Part shown: one piece after another, positions 58,394-64,000 of the stretch | How the letters are laid out: each line of letters begins with the position of its first letter | Position numbering within the stretch: position 1 is the first letter of the stretch | Assembly: GCA_951406725.2 (NCBI GenBank) | Contig: OX597816.1 | Span: 87,792,001 to 87,856,000, forward strand | Direction: 5' to 3' | DNA: 64,000 nucleotides | Source of the DNA: Octopus vulgaris | Taxonomy: Eukaryota | Translations under genes and position numbers: made by a program | The notes under the pieces: model-generated | What the model was told of the DNA's origin: nothing | Databases searched by the model: none | The model's input: only the letters and a program-made list of their open reading frames with translations

Positions 58394-58833
58394 GCACACA
58401 TATACACATATATAATCTGAATGTTACTAACATGATCAAAGTCTCACTGTCTGCCTGCTTTTGTAGATGTTTCTCTCTCTCACACCTCTCTCTCTGTCTC
58501 TGTCTCTGCACACACACACATCATAAATAATACATCTCTGGCACCTTCATAGAGTACGGGGAGATGTTTTTACACATCGCTGGTCATAATGCGTTCGCGT
58601 TGTTTTAGCCTTTGAATGACGCCACCCCGCTGGCTAAGCGAGCAGGCCAACAGAAGAAAGAGTGGGAGAAATAGTGGTGAAAGGGTACAGCAGGGATCAC
58701 CAGCCCCTGCCGGAGCCTCGTGGAGCTTTTAGGTGTTTTCGCTCAATAAACACTCACAATACCCGGTCTGGGAATCGATACAGCGATCCTCCGACCGCGA
58801 GTCCGCTGCCCTAACCACTGGGCCATTGCGCCT

Positions 58834-58891
<58 letters not shown>

Positions 58892-58986
58892 CAAGTAGGT
58901 ACTGTAAATTTAGAGTGAATACTTGATAAGTGTAAGCACCTGTACACTTGCAATATTGTGATGTAATCTTTGGACTAACAATGTTT

Positions 58987-59077
58987 GCGGCTGAAGAGAG
59001 CTTTAAACCATCTTTTATATCAATAATGCACTGATGTAATAACGGATTGTTTATAAAGCTTGAAGCACGTGTACCAC
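58987..59077 (+). ncRNA. Degenerate type I hammerhead with long stem II
   Basis: GCGG-CTGAAGA(58991-58997)-GAGCTTTA...TAAAGCTT-GAAG-C-ACGT-G-TA-CCAC; GAAA reads GAAG and stem I has one mismatch. Confidence 0.6.
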
Positions 59078-59774
59078 GATATCCTTTGTGTTCTGTTTTT
59101 AATTTATATCTGATATATATATATACATACATATACACACATTTAATTGTTTCTATATACATATATTTAGGTATATGATACACACACACATACACGCAAA
59201 TGAGTGAAGTGGAATGTAGCGTGGCAATATATAATTATATAATATACATCGGAAACATGATTTGTGAATCACACATCAAAAATTTCATTGTTTGTATTTC
59301 TCCCACCGAATAAACTTCAGAAAATGTGTCGCATATTCGTCTAATCAATGCTCAGAGAACACGTGTTAATAATGCAAAAAACACGTTATATGTCTCTTTG
59401 TCTTTAACATTATATGCATTACAAAGGCAAGCTCCCAAACTAGCTATTGTAGTCTATATTTAATACTGATAAACAGCTTAGTGTTTTGAAAAAAATATTT
59501 GTCAGGACTATTTTTTCAGTATGTGGGAAATCTTATGGAGAAAATAATCTATGTAGCCATTTGTTATTTAAAATAACGATGGAAGTGTCTGTCAGGGAAC
59601 ACTGATTACGATTATTTCCTCAAAAGTGTTAAAGGTAGGGAAACAATGTTATATTCGTCTGAGGAATAAAGATACGCACTTTCTGGAACCATAAATGTAG
59701 GGTGATACATTTCCTTTTTTGGATGAATTCATTTTTAGTGATAATATTCTCATCCGCTAAAAACGTGATATATA

Positions 59775-60187
59775 CTCTTTACTCTTTACTCTTTTACTTG
59801 TTTCAGTCATTTGACTGCGGCCATGCTGGAGCACCGCCTTTAGTCGAGCAAATCGACCCCGGTACTTATTCTTTTGTAAGCCCAGTACTTATTCTATCGG
59901 TCTCTTTTGCCGAACCGCTAAGTGACGGGGACGTAAACACACCAGCATCGGTTGTCAACCAATGCTAGGGGGACAAACAGACACACAAACATATACACAC
60001 ACACTTATATATATATACATATATACGACAGGCTTCTTTCAGTTTCCGTCTACCAAATCCACTCACAAGGCATTGGTCGACCCGGGGCTATAGCAGAAGA
60101 CACTTGCCCAAGATGCCACGCAGTGGGACTGAACCCGGAACCATGTGGTTGGTTAGCAAGCTACTTACCACACAGCCACTCCTGCAC
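59775..60187 (-). mobile_element. Full-length family C SINE (tRNA head, CORE-like CTTGGGCAAGT block, internal microsatellite, (GTAAAAGA)n tail)
   Basis: Minus strand GTGGCTGTGTGGTAAG (A box)...GGGTTCAGTCCC (B box)...CATCTTGGGCAAGTG...GACTGAAACAAGTAAAAGAGTAAAAGAG. Partial copies at about 23060-23215, 41100-41310, 43310-43700, 51590-51752 and 52600-52810. Confidence 0.88.
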
Positions 60188-61933
60188 CTATATATATATA
60201 TTAAATATATATAAGTGTTGTTTATGGCCACTTTAATGTGGCTGCCCTCTAAGACAAGACGATACCACCATTTAACTTCAGAAAGACATCTCTTCCAGCA
60301 GGCTTATTCAGTGCGCTTCTCGCACCCGTTATTTATTGCATGCGGGAGATAACTCCTGCCACCCCGGCTTCAAGTCCACCAGACCATGTGGTTTTGATCT
60401 GTATTGGATCTTCTCGGTGGTGGGTACATGTTGCCAGTTATGGTAGCAGTTTACCTCGCTTGCAATATGTAGAATATACAACGTCATACAATCACTGATT
60501 TTGTATTTGAAAATCTCTGTACCCCCCCCCCCCCACACACACATAATGAATCTCGTGTAGTGATGTTTTAAGTAGTCTTTCTGGGTTTCTGTACGTATGC
60601 GTTTCTTGATAGGTGAATACTTTTTAAAAGATGTTCAGGAAGCCCTATATAGTTTTTGGGTTACTGTAAGAAAGATCTTTATCTATAAATTGATACTTTA
60701 GAATGACACATATTGTCAAGAAAGTAGACATTTTGGTTGATGCAATTACATTGTGGATAAAATTCTTCCCTTGTCGTACCGAAACTCTTTTGACTGTATA
60801 AACTATTAAAATTTCTACAGTAATTTTAGCCTATCGTAATGATATTTTTTACTTAATACCTAATGAAATCTTTAGGGTATCTTCGGTATATCAAGGGGGA
60901 AATGCATATAAATATTATATGACTCCGAGGAAACCTGGGATTAATGGAGCAAGCAATTATACTATTTATTTTTTATTTATGCGCCCTTTTGAAGCCTAGC
61001 CAGGCTCACGGGCCCGGTTTTTCCGGTTTCTATGGCGTATGTGTTCCCCCCAGCTGGAACGTGTAAGAGAAAGTTGGGGTGAAAGAGTACAACAGGGGTT
61101 GCCGCCACCCCCCGCCGGAGCCTCGTGGTGCTTTAGGTGTTTTCGCTCAATAAACACACACAACACCCGGTCTGGGAATTGAAACCGCGATCCTCCGACC
61201 GCGAGTCCGCTACCCTAACCACTGGGCCATTACGCCGCCAATTATATATACTATGGAAAGGTTTATATCATAATATTTCCATCGTCTACTTTTGGATTTA
61301 TGAATATGAATGTTGTTTATTATTCAAAGAATGTAGACCATTTTTTAAGCTCATATCTTTCAATACGTCTTTGTAATGATGAACATGTTTAAAATATTTC
61401 TCAAGGATAAGCTGTCATGTGTCATTAAAGAAAATTTTAGCATTATTATAGAATAGCAGGAATTTATATTAAAACACTGAAATTGCTCATTATGTTCGCT
61501 GCATGGACAGTATTTACCCGTATCTAACTATAAAATTATATATATGTTTGGATTCCTATCTGCTGTGAATTTCAATTCTAACTAATGAAAATGTTGATAA
61601 TCGCCTACTTAGCAGTATCCATTTTGTGGCCATTCAAAATGTGTAGTCCATCATTATAGTAAAGACCGGATCTTACAGAGCGAAGTTTCTTCCGATTTAA
61701 GTCTAAGGTGTGTCATGCAATTAATTCGCAAATGTCAGATCCCATCGTCGGTCAAGTAACTATATTAAACAATTCCTGGACGGCATGTTAAATCCCAAAA
61801 GTAGTATAACATGGCAAAGAGTGCCTAGCGTGCGCAATAATATCTTACTATATGGTCACAAACGAAACATTAGATATTTTTATTATTTACCTGTTAATCA
61901 GAAACGAGAAACTTTAAGGAGCATGTCATCGAA

Positions 61934-61982
<49 letters not shown>

Positions 61983-64000
61983 GTGTGTGTGTGTGTGTGT
62001 GTATGTGTGTGTGTGTGTGTGATGTTTATTTTAAGAATAGCCAAGGAAACTGAAAAAGGCTATGCAGACTAGCAGAGTAAATTGATAATGTATTTAAGAA
62101 ATAATTTGTTTCTTTGCTCAGGGGATATCGGGCATTAAACTATCATCGTCAATTAAATCAATATGTCGATGTATAATAGACCTGTCAGGACTACCTAACA
62201 AGTTAAAGAAACAGTGTCTGTCACAATGGGAATCTAGCAGGGATTACTTATTTGCGAACTAAGGCCTTTATTTGTTGTCAATTAACAATGAAATAGTATG
62301 AAGTAAATTATAAATATATTACCTTCAGGAATGTAAGTTATTTCTTTAAACAACGATTGTAGATTCGTTTGCTATGGCAGTAAATCTTTCCCAGCCTGTG
62401 AATAACAGGAATTTATCTATTTTCTAAATAGTAAGATTCGGAGCTTAATATTTCTGAAGAAGATATTTGGAAAAAAATTCTATAAATGATAGATGATATT
62501 TAAAATAATATTAAAATTGATATTAAATGATACGTTATAATTTCAATTTGAATTAATAAAAACAACTAATTGAGATGATTTATATATTAAGGAATAGTTT
62601 TAGTAAATGCAGCTGTGAAAAATTTTGAATGATTTGAAATTTCGTACTTTGTAGATGAAAGAAAATAAACATCCAACAGTAACTGTTCGTAACAGCTTTC
62701 AAAAAGAGAAAAATAACAATATGAAATTAAGAATTAATTTCATAGTTTTAATTTACATAAAAGCGGCGAGCTGGCAGAATCGTTAGCCTGCCGGTTAAAA
62801 TACTTAGCGGCATTCCATTTGTCTTTACGTTCTGAGTTTAAATTCAATCGTGGCCGACTTTGCTTTTCATCCTTTCTGGATCGATAAAATAAGTATACCA
62901 GTCGAGCAGTAGGGTCGATGTGATCAACTTACCCATCCCACCGAAATATAGTAGAAAGGAATATTTATTTATATGAACGTGACGAACTGGTAGAATCATT
63001 AAGCACATCAGGCAAAATGTTTAACGGCTAAATGCCGGTCTTTACGTATGTTTGTGTATTGTTCTGTTAGTATCTGTGTCTTTTTTCTTTTCTTTTTTTT
63101 CATTCAGAAAACAGAAAAAAAGAATGGAACAATAACAGTCCCTTCCACCATACTACGCAACATGACGTCTAAAGACAATGGGAAACGAAAAAATAAAAGG
63201 CACAGATACAAACAGGATAATGCATAAACCCATATACACACACAAAAGACACACATATACATGCTTAAGATGAAATGAGGAAATCAAATAAATAAATAAA
63301 TAAATAATAAACAAAGGGTACGGATACAAATACTACAGTGAGCAAACCAATATACAGACACACAAAACATAGAGATGCGTACACCCACGCACGTGCGAAC
63401 GTATGCGCGAATAAGGATGCATACCACAGAAAAACAGAATCGATTAAACAGAACAGGAGGAGTCACGTGGAATGGAGAGTCGCTGAAGGGGTCGCAAGAT
63501 GTGTTATGAAATATTTCCAGACAATGGACATAAAATAAGAACAATAATAAAGAAGAGAAGTACGAATATATAGTGCGTGTGTTTATTTGGCATGAAATAA
63601 AAATAACTATCTAGAAACATAACAATATCTGTTTCAACACACCATTTCATATCAGGAATCTTGCAAAACAAATTCATAAACGTCAATTATATCACTCTTT
63701 AAGTTATTTATCCGCATATATGGCAATGTCACATTTTAGCTATTTCTTTTAATTAATAATATTTAAAAAACTCAGGTGATTGTATTTAAAAATTTATGAA
63801 AAGTTAATGAAAACAAATTAAGAAAGAGGAAAGTGTGCTTATGACTTCTCTCATTCTAGTGCTCATGCTTAAAACTATCGTTCCTGTACGTGTAAGTCAA
63901 GTTATAGAAATAATCTTTCATGCACGAGATGTAGTATATGAATTATGGTCATATAAAAATTTAGGTAAGAGACTTTTTCCTGAAAATTTTATGGGTACGA

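Overview
AT-rich, microsatellite-saturated animal genomic DNA; the repeat families and composition suggest an octopus or related cephalopod (inference). Almost all ORFs in the supplied track are (TA)n/(CA)n/(CATA)n/(TAA)n noise. The only convincing host coding sequence is a terminal exon at 7569-7930 (+) encoding a transmembrane helix and a cytoplasmic tail ending KGKTYL, resembling invertebrate semaphorin-1a. The rest is transposon-derived: three or more tRNA-derived SINE families, a near-intact DD37D (maT-type) Tc1/mariner element (39531-40817), a decayed Hsmar1-like mariner, a mariner MITE, Dong/R4-type LINE pieces (one inside a TAA microsatellite), RTE-like pieces, and two decayed Penelope-like element (PLE) coding remnants that the ORF track misses (about 32.1-32.7 kb and 41.3-42.3 kb, minus strand). 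The main hidden signal is about a dozen hammerhead-ribozyme-like cores (CUGANGA...GAAA-N-UH, usually with a palindromic mini stem III). Two look essentially complete (54195-54290 +, 51843-51946 -). Most sit in short non-coding elements beside (TA)n tracts, and several are paired with an inverted copy of themselves. All structures and coordinates were read by eye, with no database search or folding computation.
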